DNA of 64,000 nt from an uncultured bacterium (GTDB lineage: Bacteria > Oederibacteriota > PGYV01 > CAWJRG01): positions 544,001-608,000 of the forward strand of contig CAWJRG010000005.1 in assembly GCA_963845185.1 (NCBI GenBank). Reading direction: 5' to 3'. Numbering within the stretch: position 1 is the stretch's first letter; each line of letters begins with the position of its first letter. The notes below the pieces were generated by a model. That model did no database searches. It saw only the letters and a list, made by a program, of their open reading frames with translations, and was not told the DNA's origin. The position numbers were made by a program, and so were the translations under genes. Positions 1-9,673 of this stretch are shown here, piece after piece.

Positions 1-832
1 TACCTGCACTGCATATTTGATTTATTATTATATGGCTACAAAAAATCCTGATTTGCTGCGGGATTTAAAAAACATTGCCGATGTTGCAGTCAGGCACATG
101 GTAGACCCCAATACCGGATTTGTCGGTGAAACATTCAGCAAGGACTGGGTTTCTCGCGAGACACGGCTTTGGGCCGGGCACAATCTAAAAACCGGCTGGG
201 TCATGATGCGCATGTATTACCTGACAGGCGATAAAAAGTACCTTGAGGCAGCTAAAAAAATCGCCGCTGCACAGGTAAAATATACATGGGATGCTGAATA
301 TGGCGGATGGTTTTTTCAATTTTCAAGCAAAGATCCCGCATCGGTTAATGACGTGAAAGACTGGTGGACGCAGGAAGAAGGAAATAATCTTATGCTTAAT
401 CTTTTTCATTACAGTAAAGATAAAAGTTATCTCAATAAATTCCAAAAAAGCGCGTCTTTCTGGGACAATAATTTTATAGACAAGAAATACGGGGAATGCT
501 TCAGCACGTTATCCAGGGATGGCTCTCCCACAAACCGGACAAAGGGAAACCTTTTTAAATCTGCGTATCACACCATGGAGCATGCTCTGTTTAATTACCT
601 TTATCTAAGCCTTTATGTGAATAAATCCGAGGCAACGCTTTATTATTGCCTGAACACAGATACCGCAGGCGAGAAGCATTACGTGAATTTATTGGAAGAC
701 CCTGCTGTATTTATCAAAAACGTTGAAATAGACGGGAAAGAATGGAAAGACTTTGACGCAAACCTGGGATATATTACATTACCGCAGGGAAAAAACATGA
801 AAGTAAAAGTTGTATTTGGAATAAAACTTTAA
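1..832 (+). CDS. AGE-family (N-acylglucosamine/cellobiose 2-epimerase-like) protein, 5'-partial
   Basis: Frame open to the window edge; motifs GHNLKTGW, KDWWTQEEG and KSAYHTME are typical of AGE (alpha/alpha)6 epimerases. Confidence 0.75.
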   Translation, partial: TCTAYLIYYYMATKNPDLLRDLKNIADVAVRHMVDPNTGFVGETFSKDWVSRETRLWAGHNLKTGWVMMRMYYLTGDKKYLEAAKKIAAAQVKYTWDAEYGGWFFQFSSKDPASVNDVKDWWTQEEGNNLMLNLFHYSKDKSYLNKFQKSASFWDNNFIDKKYGECFSTLSRDGSPTNRTKGNLFKSAYHTMEHALFNYLYLSLYVNKSEATLYYCLNTDTAGEKHYVNLLEDPAVFIKNVEIDGKEWKDFDANLGYITLPQGKNMKVKVVFGIKL

Positions 833-882
833 AAGTGAAAGGCTTTTATTCGTCGTTTAGTAACTATTTTGGTTTTTGCCTC

Positions 883-1879
883 CTATTGCGACCACCAGAC
901 ATTGTTCAAACGGCTGCCGCTAAACCCGCCTATCACCCATAAAGCATTGTTATAAATTAAACTTGTATGATAGGCCCTTTCGCCAAACCCGGCTGCCGCG
1001 GTTAATTGTGTCCATTTCACGCCGTCGCTTGACCGCCATACGTCGCCAAAATAATTTGTACCGTTCAAACCTGCTATCACCCACATTTCGTTGTTATATA
1101 TAAAGCTTGTGTGGTAAGCCCTGGCGCTGAATCCGGCTACTGCTGTTGCCTGCGCCCATGACATCCCGTCGCTTGAGTTCCAGAATATCATTATAATATG
1201 TAACTCCGTTAAAACCTGCTATTACCCATATCATATTATTAAAAGCCACGCTTGCATGCCCGTACCGCTGGCTGAATCCGGCTGTTCCTGTAACCTCAGT
1301 CCATGAAACACCATTACTCGATTCCCATGCATCGTTATAACAGGAATTGCCGTCATACCCGCCTATTACCCACATTGCGTTGTTGTACACTGTGCTCGTA
1401 TGCAGATACCTCCCGCCAAAACCTGCAGTTCCGGTCACCTGCATCCACGAAGCTCCGTCGCTTGAATTCCATACATCGCTCATAGGGCCGCTGCTGCCGC
1501 TGTATCCGCCTATCACCCACATACTGTTGTTAAATACTGCGCTTGAAAGGTTATACCTTGCGCTGAATCCAGCTGTCGCGCAAACCTGCAACCATGCAGC
1601 CCCGTCGCTTGAGCTCCATACATCATTCAATAACCCTCCGGTATAATCACCGGCTATGATCCACATCTTGTTGTTATATGCTACGCTTGTGTGCCCGTAC
1701 CTGGCTGAGAATCCGGCTGACATAGTAGCGTCTGTCCAAAAAGCACCGGCGTTTGATGCCATAGGCGTACTTGTTGCTGCCGGTGATGGTGGTACCGTTG
1801 GATTCACTGTTTTTTTGCATGCCTGGAATGTTAATGCCATAAAAATAATAAAAAGAATAATCCCTGTCGTTTTCTTCAT
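883..1879 (-). pseudogene. Kelch-like repeat lipoprotein split by a 1-bp frameshift near 1185 (pseudogene or sequencing error)
   Basis: Lipobox TFQAC; repeats of F(S/G)xRxxH...MWVIGG...DVWxSSDG continue across ORFs 1094-1879 and 883-1191; the minus strand reads GAT ATT C TGG where D-I-W is expected. Confidence 0.75.
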
Positions 1880-1939
1880 ATTGAAATACCTCTGTTTTTT
1901 AAATATTTCATTCCGTATTCCGAATCCAGAATCTTGAAT

Positions 1940-2830
1940 TCATTCAAAATACGGCTCCACATGCACGAGCACATTACAGTCGCCGTACATCGCCTGAAAT
2001 TTTTTCTCTATCTCCTTGGTTAATGCGTGAGCCCTTTTCACAGTAAGATTCTTGTCGACTTTTATGTGCATATCTATAAATATCGTGGATCCGCTCTGCC
2101 TTGTCCTTATTTTATGGTAATCCTTTATTTCCTTGAACTTATCGAGTTCCTTTTTTATTCTGCGCATTTCATTCTCGTCAAGTCCCTTGTCCACTAGCTG
2201 GCCCATAAGCTTTATGGATAGCATGGTAAAAATTATAAGAACCCACACGCCTAAAAGAATGGCAGCAATAGGGTCTATCCACCATATCCCTGTTAATTTG
2301 AGGGCGATAAGGGCGCCTGCTACGCCTAATGATGTTATTACATCCGCCAGATGGTTTTGCCCGTCCACCTCTATACCCAGGGAGCGGAGTTCTTTGCCTT
2401 TTTTGATAAGGTACACTGATAAAAGCCAGTTCAGTACTCCAGCAAAAGCCATTATTGCTATGCCTGCTGTAATGAGTTTGGGATGAGTCCTGTCAATAAA
2501 TTTTTTAACCCCTTCATAAATAATGGCAACGCCGACTACAAATATAAGGATGCTTTCAATCGTGCCTGTTATTATCTCGACTTTTCCATGGCCGTATTGG
2601 TGATCCTTGTCAGGCGGCTGCAAGGCTGTCCTCACCCCAAAATACGCAATTATCGAAGCAAGAAGGTCATCTATTGAATGAAGCGCTTCCGCGATGATGC
2701 TCACCAGCCCTGTTATTATCCCTACTGCCAGTTTCAATATAACAAGGCTTAAGTTTGAAATCACGGAAAACATCATGGCCGTGCTTCTTTCTTTTTGCCT
2801 TTTCTCTTCTTTTGCTTCTATTTCAGACAT
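1940..2830 (-). CDS. Cation diffusion facilitator (FieF-like) transporter
   Basis: AEALHSIDD, PPDKDHQYGHGKVE, HLADV, C-terminal IDMHI...VHVEP. Confidence 0.9.
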   Translation of the reverse strand: MSEIEAKEEKRQKERSTAMMFSVISNLSLVILKLAVGIITGLVSIIAEALHSIDDLLASIIAYFGVRTALQPPDKDHQYGHGKVEIITGTIESILIFVVGVAIIYEGVKKFIDRTHPKLITAGIAIMAFAGVLNWLLSVYLIKKGKELRSLGIEVDGQNHLADVITSLGVAGALIALKLTGIWWIDPIAAILLGVWVLIIFTMLSIKLMGQLVDKGLDENEMRRIKKELDKFKEIKDYHKIRTRQSGSTIFIDMHIKVDKNLTVKRAHALTKEIEKKFQAMYGDCNVLVHVEPYFE

Positions 2831-4213
2831 TTATCTTTTTCCCACCTTTATGGTAAGTGTGTTGTTTTTCCCCTTTACGACCGTGACAGGCTTGGCGTTA
2901 TCTTTTACAATCGTTGCCTCGATTGTGATGATGTAAGCGCCCAGGGAAAGTTTATCAAATACAAAATGCCCGTTACCGTCAGCAATTGTGCTTGTTATAG
3001 TATTTGTTTTGCTGTTTATGGCTTTGACCAAGGCATTTTTATAAGGGTCATTGCCGAGAAAGACATCTCCTTCGAGCCTGGATGTTTCGAGGACTTTTAC
3101 AGGTTTGGCTTTATGCTTGCTGGATTTTTTCTTTGGCGTTGCCGTAGCTGTGACAGTCGGTGTCGCTGCGATTATTGTGGTCGCTGCGGCTGTAGTTGTA
3201 ATAACAGGCGTGGATGTGTGCTCTTCTTCTGGCGCCAGTACAAGCGTAGGTGTTATAACAACCTGCCTTTGTTTCTTTCCGATTTCGAGATTAAAAGGCC
3301 AACCCGCAACATCAATATCGTAAATTACCTTATTCATGCTCGGGTCAATTACAGACACTTTTCCTTTTTCTTCATCCGCTATATATCCGCAAATAAAAAT
3401 CTTGTCGCCTGCCGGTACCTTACCATAAACGCAGTCATACATCACGTAATTATTGTCTATATTTGCCGTTTTTGAAAGCGATTCCACGTCATAAACTTCC
3501 ACCGCATCCATTACCGTAACATAAATACTGTCGTTGTAAAACGCTATCCCCCTGGGTGTCTTTGAAGTTTTAATAGTGCTTTTTAAAAGGCCTGTTTTGA
3601 CATTTATCACAGATATTGTATCATCTCCCGAATTCGTAACGTAAAGGGAATCACCATTTATTGCCATTCCCCACGGCCTGTCGCCCACCGGTATGGTGTC
3701 CAGTACTTTTTTATTCACAAGCGACACTATGGCAACTGATGCCTTGTCCCAGAGTGCAACAAATGCTTTTCCGTTTTCTTCAGAGAGTACTATTGCCCTC
3801 GGGCTTCCGCCAACATCGAGCGGCTCGCCGTCAATTTTAAAATCAGGCAAACTTATGAACGATATATTATTGGATTTGCTGTTGCTGACTATTATGCCGC
3901 TGTTGTCGTTTTTAATGGCAAGCTGTACTGGCGAATAACCGACATTGACAAAATCTTTTGCTACTGAGAAATCCGATGTTTTCATTCTGTAAATCGAGTT
4001 GTTGTCGGAACTGGCAAAATAAAGGTATTTTCCATCCGGCGATAATTTCATGCCCTTGATATTTGCGTTGCCTGTTACCTCGGTTACTATGGTGTTGTTT
4101 GCCGTATCCATGATTGAAATTTTGTTAAACTGGTTGTGTGAAATAAAAAGGTATGGCGACGAAAACAAAAACGCAGGCAATGATAAAAACAGCAGAATAA
4201 TAAGCTTTTTCAT
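2831..4213 (-). CDS. Secreted YVTN/YncE beta-propeller with Thr-rich linker and carboxypeptidase-regulatory-like C-terminal domain
   Basis: Signal peptide MKKLIILL; LYVTNSGDDTISVI repeats; start moved to ATG 4213 behind AGGAGG. Confidence 0.8.
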   Translation of the reverse strand: MKKLIILLFLSLPAFLFSSPYLFISHNQFNKISIMDTANNTIVTEVTGNANIKGMKLSPDGKYLYFASSDNNSIYRMKTSDFSVAKDFVNVGYSPVQLAIKNDNSGIIVSNSKSNNISFISLPDFKIDGEPLDVGGSPRAIVLSEENGKAFVALWDKASVAIVSLVNKKVLDTIPVGDRPWGMAINGDSLYVTNSGDDTISVINVKTGLLKSTIKTSKTPRGIAFYNDSIYVTVMDAVEVYDVESLSKTANIDNNYVMYDCVYGKVPAGDKIFICGYIADEEKGKVSVIDPSMNKVIYDIDVAGWPFNLEIGKKQRQVVITPTLVLAPEEEHTSTPVITTTAAATTIIAATPTVTATATPKKKSSKHKAKPVKVLETSRLEGDVFLGNDPYKNALVKAINSKTNTITSTIADGNGHFVFDKLSLGAYIITIEATIVKDNAKPVTVVKGKNNTLTIKVGKR

Positions 4214-4219
4214 TTGTTT

Positions 4220-4259
4220 CCTCCTTAGATTTCGTTTGCTTTGCCAAGCTGTCAACAGG
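4220..4259 (-). repeat. Truncated copy (3' half only) of the repeated 5'-leader element
   Basis: Sense CCTGTTGACAGCTTGGCAAAGCAAACGAAATCTAAGGAGG matches the 3' arm of the gpmA copy CCTGTTGACGCTCGGCAAAATCAACGGACTCTAAGGAGG. Confidence 0.7.
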
Positions 4260-4311
4260 TAATATCAATTTACAACATTGCTTTGTATTTTGCAATTTAA
4301 ATCACTTCTGA

Positions 4312-4788
4312 TTAAAAGTCTTTTATTAGTTCTTCAAAATTTTCTTCTGTATAAATTTTTATGCCTTCTCTCAGCAGCATTGCTGCCAAAACGCCGTTGC
4401 CGTCTTTTAACTTTCTTGAAAAAGTCCCGTCGTAAATTTTCCCGTAGCCGCATGAACCGCCTTTGGTTTTTAGGATGACAGCTGTGGCGTTCATTCTCTT
4501 GACAGTTTTTACGATAATCTTGGCCCCGAATATGAATTTTTCAGTCACATCATTTCCGTCCTCGTCTTTTACAATGGCCTTGCCGTCAAGCACATCCTCA
4601 CCTGTGCCTCCTACAATTTCCGCGGGTTTTCTCGGCACCCCCAGACCGCCCAGCGTTTCAGGGCAAAGCGGTATTGCCTTTTTCTGCCCAACAAGTTTTT
4701 GTATAGCATTTATCAGTTTATTCTTTCCGTCATACCTTGTATTTACTCCTGCCAGACATGCGCTTACTATAATTATTGTTTTTTTCAT
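4312..4788 (-). CDS. DUF523 / 2-thiouracil desulfurase-family protein
   Basis: VSACLAG..RYDG, CPETLGGLGVPRKPAE, SCG, GNGVLA motifs. Confidence 0.9.
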   Translation of the reverse strand: MKKTIIIVSACLAGVNTRYDGKNKLINAIQKLVGQKKAIPLCPETLGGLGVPRKPAEIVGGTGEDVLDGKAIVKDEDGNDVTEKFIFGAKIIVKTVKRMNATAVILKTKGGSCGYGKIYDGTFSRKLKDGNGVLAAMLLREGIKIYTEENFEELIKDF

Positions 4789-4840
4789 TTATTTTGCCTT
4801 TCACGCCTCCCGCTTCCCGTTCCACATCTCACGTTATTAT

Positions 4841-6511
4841 TCATTCTTTATATTTATTCGTTATAGGTATTCGCCTGTCCCTACCGAATGCTTTCGGCGT
4901 TATTTTTATCCCGGGTGCCGCCTGCCTTCTCTTGTATTCGTTTATATCTATCATTCTTATGACCTTCTTCAGGGTTTCCCCGTCATATTTATTTTTAAGT
5001 TCGCTGTAGGTCTTGTCTTTTTCTATATAATCCTCTATTATCCTGTCGAGAAGCGAGTATTCGGGCAGGGTATCCTGGTCTTTCTGGTTTTCCTTTAGTT
5101 CAGCCGTAGGCGCTTTTCTTAATATATTTTCCGGGATTAAATCATATCCCGCCTTTTTATTCCTCCATTGCGCAAGTTTATATACAAGGGTCTTAGGAAC
5201 ATCCTTTATGACGGCAAACCCGCCTGCCATGTCGCCGTAAAGCGTGGCATAACCTGTGCTCATTTCGCTTTTATTTCCAGTGGTCAAAACAAGCCACTGG
5301 AACTTGTTTGAAAAAGCCATTACTATATTTCCCCTGATGCGTGCCTGCAGGTTTTCTTCCGTGCTGTCAAAAGGCAGATTATTAAAAAACGGCTCGAAAA
5401 GTTTCAGGTAAATTTCAAATATTCCCTGGATGCCTATTACTTTTAACCCGATTTTCAAATTTGCGCTGAGTTTTTCCGCGTCGCTGTATGATTCCTGTGA
5501 TGAAAATTTCGACGGCATGAATATCACGTTTACGTTTTCCTTGCCGAGCGCGTCCGCGGCTATGCACGATACAAGCGCCGAGTCCACGCCGCCGCTCAGC
5601 GCAACAACGACTTTTTTAAACCCGTTTTTCTCCACATAATCCTTCACGCCAAGTATCAGCGCGTTGTAAATTTCCTCAGGCTCTTCCATGGGTGAAAATT
5701 TGCCCGTCGCTGTTTTTTTGTTTTTTCCCTTTATTTTATATGGTATTTTCTTTATATTTCCCGCTTGGTTTCGCCTGTTTTTTACCTGCCTGTCGAATAA
5801 CACGCGGTCTTCGGAAAACTGTTTTCCCTGGACTATTAATTTGCCTTTCTTGTCCATTGCAATGCTGTGCCCGTCAAATACAAGCTCGTCCTGTCCACCT
5901 ATCAGATTTACATATATTATCTCGGCTTTGTATTCCCTTGCCCTTATTTTTAAATTATCGTACCGTTCTTTCCACCTGCCTGCATGATAGGGTGATGCAT
6001 TCAGGTTCAGGAGAAAATCGATCCTGCCGGACATTTTCATCAAGATTTCGTCGCGCACCCAAATCTCTTCGCATATTGATACCCCAAAATTTACGCCGTC
6101 CACGCTGAAAATTTTACAATCATTCCCTTTTGTAAAATATCTTTTTTCGTCAAAAACGCCGTAATTCGGCAGGTTTATTTTATCGTATACTCCGGTTATT
6201 TTTCCCTTGCATATCACCGCTGCCGAATTATATATTTTATTTTTTTCTTTCCTTACAAAACCTGTTACCGTGATTATGTCGCCTGTATTTGCAGTAATTC
6301 GGTCAAGAGCATCCATATTGCTGTCTACAAACTTTTTCTTCAGCAGCAAATCCTCTGGTGGGTATCCGGTCGTCGCAAGCTCGGGGAATATGACTATATC
6401 CGCGCCTTTTTTTTCCGCTGCTTTTATTTCCATGATGACCTTTTCAGTATTGCCCTTGATATCCCCTACTGTGGTATTTATCTGTGCTAGGCAGAAACGG
6501 ATTGTTTTCAT
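4841..6511 (-). CDS. nadE: Glutamine-dependent NAD+ synthetase
   Basis: Nitrilase domain (FPEL..TGYPPEDLL, LPNYGVFDEKRYF) plus SGGVDS and TGNKSE...GYATLYGD. Confidence 0.97.
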   Translation of the reverse strand: MKTIRFCLAQINTTVGDIKGNTEKVIMEIKAAEKKGADIVIFPELATTGYPPEDLLLKKKFVDSNMDALDRITANTGDIITVTGFVRKEKNKIYNSAAVICKGKITGVYDKINLPNYGVFDEKRYFTKGNDCKIFSVDGVNFGVSICEEIWVRDEILMKMSGRIDFLLNLNASPYHAGRWKERYDNLKIRAREYKAEIIYVNLIGGQDELVFDGHSIAMDKKGKLIVQGKQFSEDRVLFDRQVKNRRNQAGNIKKIPYKIKGKNKKTATGKFSPMEEPEEIYNALILGVKDYVEKNGFKKVVVALSGGVDSALVSCIAADALGKENVNVIFMPSKFSSQESYSDAEKLSANLKIGLKVIGIQGIFEIYLKLFEPFFNNLPFDSTEENLQARIRGNIVMAFSNKFQWLVLTTGNKSEMSTGYATLYGDMAGGFAVIKDVPKTLVYKLAQWRNKKAGYDLIPENILRKAPTAELKENQKDQDTLPEYSLLDRIIEDYIEKDKTYSELKNKYDGETLKKVIRMIDINEYKRRQAAPGIKITPKAFGRDRRIPITNKYKE

Positions 6512-6512
6512 T

Positions 6513-8039
6513 TTATTTTTTCTCGTTTATCAGTCTTCTTATCTCTCTTTTTATTACCTTGCCCGTGCCTGTTTTCGGCAATTCCGGCCAGAACTCAAAC
6601 CTGTGCGGCACCTTGAAATTCGCCAGGTGCGGCCTGCAAAACATTTTTAACTCTATCTCCGTGGCAATCATGCCGTCCCTTAGCTTGACGACACACACCG
6701 GCACTTCCCCGTGTACTTCGTCTTTTTTCCCTACCACAGCCGCGTCCTCAATTGCCGGGTGTCTGTACAAAATATCCTCGACTTCCCTGGGATACAGGTT
6801 CATGCCGTTGACAAGGATTAAATCCTTTTTTCTGTCGAGTATATAAAGATAGCCTTGTTCGTCAATCTTTCCTATATCGCCGGTCAGGAGCCACCCGTCA
6901 TTCATCACTTCTTTTGTTTCTTCAGGCCTGTCGTAATAACCTTTCATGACATTTGGCCCGCTTACTGCTATCTCACCTGCCTCATTTGTTTTCAAATCTT
7001 TGCCATCCTCATCAACTATTTTTATTTTTACACCTGGAATTGGCGGGCCCACCGAACCTATTTTTCTTACGCCTTCAAGGGGGTTTACAGAAACCACGGG
7101 AGACGCTTCGGAAAGACCGTAACCTTCCAGAAGTGGTATTCTGAATTTCTCCTCAAAATTTTTCAAAACTTCAGCTGAGAGTGGTGCGGCGCCTGATACG
7201 CATACCCTTATAGGGTTAAACCAGAGCAGTAGTTTTGGTATTCTTTTACCTGATAACACGTTGTATACCGGAGGTATAGCTATAAACACAGTAATCCTTT
7301 TAAACATAATTGCCTTTATTATCTTCCCGAAAGGTTTTACCGACTTGAGGATTACCACCGTGCAGAACATATATAGGGGTATGAGAATACACACTGTAAA
7401 AGCAAACGAGTGGAACATCGGCAGAAACAGGATAAACCTGTCCTTTTCAACGACTTCTATTCTTGTTATTGATGAATCAGCATTGGATATCAGATTTTTG
7501 TGTGTTAGCATGGCGCCTTTAGGATGCCCTGTCGTGCCTGAAGTGTAAATGATTACTGCGGTTTCGTTTTCATCCATATCAGCAGCCGGTTCAATTGTAC
7601 CCAGCTTCATTATATCTTTATATTGAATATATTGCTGTCCGTCCATCCTGTCGGTTGCTATTATATTTTCAAGGCTTGGCGTCGAGTTTTTCTTAAAATC
7701 CTTCATTACTTCCGAGCAATCCGACGAGGTTATTAATATCTTGGCTTTTGCGTCGTTCAAAATATAGACTATTTCTTCAAGGCTTAAAAAATTATTCAGA
7801 GGAATTACTATTGCGCCTGCCCTTATGGCCGCAAAATAGCAAATCACAAATTCTATGCTGTTGCATAAAAAAAGTGCTATTTTGTCTCCCTTTTTTATGC
7901 CAAGCTTCGTAAATCCCGAGCTTAAGCGCTCCATATCTTCCTTAAACTTTTTAAATGTCACTTTTTCTTTTTCAAAAATTAAAAATGCCTTGTTCGGTCG
8001 TTTTTCGCTTGCCCTGTTTACAGCGTCAATTAAAGTCAT
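6513..8039 (-). CDS. Long-chain fatty acid-CoA ligase
   Basis: YTSGTTGHPKG, EGYGLSE, TGDIG, DRKKDLI, PKTGTGK. Confidence 0.93.
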   Translation of the reverse strand: MTLIDAVNRASEKRPNKAFLIFEKEKVTFKKFKEDMERLSSGFTKLGIKKGDKIALFLCNSIEFVICYFAAIRAGAIVIPLNNFLSLEEIVYILNDAKAKILITSSDCSEVMKDFKKNSTPSLENIIATDRMDGQQYIQYKDIMKLGTIEPAADMDENETAVIIYTSGTTGHPKGAMLTHKNLISNADSSITRIEVVEKDRFILFLPMFHSFAFTVCILIPLYMFCTVVILKSVKPFGKIIKAIMFKRITVFIAIPPVYNVLSGKRIPKLLLWFNPIRVCVSGAAPLSAEVLKNFEEKFRIPLLEGYGLSEASPVVSVNPLEGVRKIGSVGPPIPGVKIKIVDEDGKDLKTNEAGEIAVSGPNVMKGYYDRPEETKEVMNDGWLLTGDIGKIDEQGYLYILDRKKDLILVNGMNLYPREVEDILYRHPAIEDAAVVGKKDEVHGEVPVCVVKLRDGMIATEIELKMFCRPHLANFKVPHRFEFWPELPKTGTGKVIKREIRRLINEKK

Positions 8040-8045
8040 GAACTT

Positions 8046-8215
8046 CCTCCAATGATATCGTTTGTTTTGTCAAGCTGGATAGCGCAGACAAAACATTACG
8101 ATATCTTGCACCCATTCCAGTCCGGGGCTTTAGCCAGTTAAATAATCCGGTGGATTATTTGACGGGTAGTTTCTCTAAAGTCATTTAATATAAAAACTGC
8201 CCAGACAAGTGGTGC
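8046..8215 (-). ncRNA. Repeated structured 5'-leader element, copy upstream of the acyl-CoA ligase/nadE operon, with a ~70-bp module (8135-8204) in the hairpin-1 loop
   Basis: GCACC/GGTGC, GATATCGT/ACGATATC and TGTTTTGTC/GACAAAACA stems, followed by TTGGAGG. Confidence 0.7.
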
Positions 8216-8243
8216 CATGAAATTGTATTAATAAATGCTATTT

Positions 8244-8272
8244 ATTATCAGATAAAATAATCACGTTGTCAA
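8244..8272 (-). promoter_or_regulatory. Putative sigma70 promoter TTGACA-N17-GATAAT
   Basis: Consensus match just upstream of the leader element. Confidence 0.55.
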
Positions 8273-8409
8273 GGCAGGTATTTTAAAACCCCTTAAAATC
8301 ATTATAAAACTTTATTATCACCAGGAAACCCATAGCTTCGGTTGAGGTAAAAGCAGCCAAGTCTGCTGTAGGACTGGCAGGAATTTTTTGACTATTACAA
8401 AAAAAGAAT

Positions 8410-9603
8410 TCATTTGTTTTTCATCATGGACTTTATAGCCATACCCATCCTTTTTATCCCCTTTTCTATCATGTCAGGCTCTGCATTGGAATAGTTAAGG
8501 CGCAGAGTGCTGACGCCTTTAATCCCGGTATAAAAAGGCTCTCCCGGGACAAAAGCCACTTTCTTTTTCAGCGCCGGCTTAAGCAGGTCCATAGCCTTTA
8601 TCTTTTGAGGTAAAGTAACCCATATGAACATGCTTCCCTGAGGCTTTGTGTATCCTGTACCTTCCGGAAAGTATTTCTCTATGCTTTTTTGCATTGCTCC
8701 GGCATGAATGCCGTAAACCCGCTTTAGTTTTTCTATGTGGTCATCAATATTGTTCTTCTTAAGATATTGGTATACTATGCGCTGTGCAAAATAATTAGTG
8801 TGCAGGTCAGCTGCTTGTTTCACTGTTATGAGCCTTTCCATGATAGTTTTGGGCGCAAATACCCAGCCCAGCCTGAGCCCGGGCGCCACTATTTTCGAAA
8901 ACGACCCAAACATGACTCCGTTATCCCCTGCGAATTTTTTAACAGCAGGCAGGTCTTTGCCTTTAAATCTCAGTTCCGCGTACGGGTCGTCTTCGACAAA
9001 CAGGACATTATATTTTTTGCACAGTCCCGCGGCAGCGCGCCTGGTTTCCGTATCGTATGAAATACCAGATGGGTTCTGGAAATTGGGCACAGCATAAAAA
9101 AGTTTGGGCCTGTATTTTTTAAATACCCTTTCCAACTCTGTTATATCGATACCGCCTGAGCTGAACGGTACGGCATGGAACACAGGCTCGAAAACAGACA
9201 TGGCCTGTATAGCCCCGAGATATCCCGGCTTTTCTATGGCAACATGGTCACCTTTGTCTATATATATTTTGGACAGCAGGTCCATGGCCTGCTGCGAACC
9301 GCTGGTGATAAGTATATCATCCGGCCCTGCCTTTATTTGCTTTTTCGATACATATCTGTCCGCTATCCACTTGCGAAGGTGGTAGTATCCTTCTGTTGTA
9401 CTATATTGCATGGAGCGAGTGCCGTCCTGCTCCAATACCTCGTTGCACGCAGCCTCCAATTCCCTTACCGGTATCATTTTAATATTGGGCAAACCTCCGG
9501 CAAAAGATATAATACTGCTGTCAGTCGTCACTTTAAGTATCTCCCTTATAAACGACCTGGGCACCTTCTTCATTCTTGAAGCGAATTTATATTTCATCTG
9601 CAC
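8410..9603 (-). CDS. PLP-dependent class I/II aminotransferase (LysN/ARO8-like)
   Basis: ISFAGGLP, PNFQNPSG, EDDPY, SFSKIVAPGLRLGW. Confidence 0.92.
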   Translation of the reverse strand: MQMKYKFASRMKKVPRSFIREILKVTTDSSIISFAGGLPNIKMIPVRELEAACNEVLEQDGTRSMQYSTTEGYYHLRKWIADRYVSKKQIKAGPDDILITSGSQQAMDLLSKIYIDKGDHVAIEKPGYLGAIQAMSVFEPVFHAVPFSSGGIDITELERVFKKYRPKLFYAVPNFQNPSGISYDTETRRAAAGLCKKYNVLFVEDDPYAELRFKGKDLPAVKKFAGDNGVMFGSFSKIVAPGLRLGWVFAPKTIMERLITVKQAADLHTNYFAQRIVYQYLKKNNIDDHIEKLKRVYGIHAGAMQKSIEKYFPEGTGYTKPQGSMFIWVTLPQKIKAMDLLKPALKKKVAFVPGEPFYTGIKGVSTLRLNYSNAEPDMIEKGIKRMGMAIKSMMKNK

Positions 9604-9673
9604 ACACCTTCCTCAATTTTGTAAACATCCCACAATTATACGGCATACGTCGTGCACGTCAATAGTACATGGT

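Noticed and set aside
883..1750. ~150-bp periodic repeats
   Set aside because: Explained by Kelch-like protein repeats
8320..8390. Short GC-rich hairpin region resembling an IS200/IS605 end
   Set aside because: Too degenerate, single copy, no tnpA/tnpB nearby
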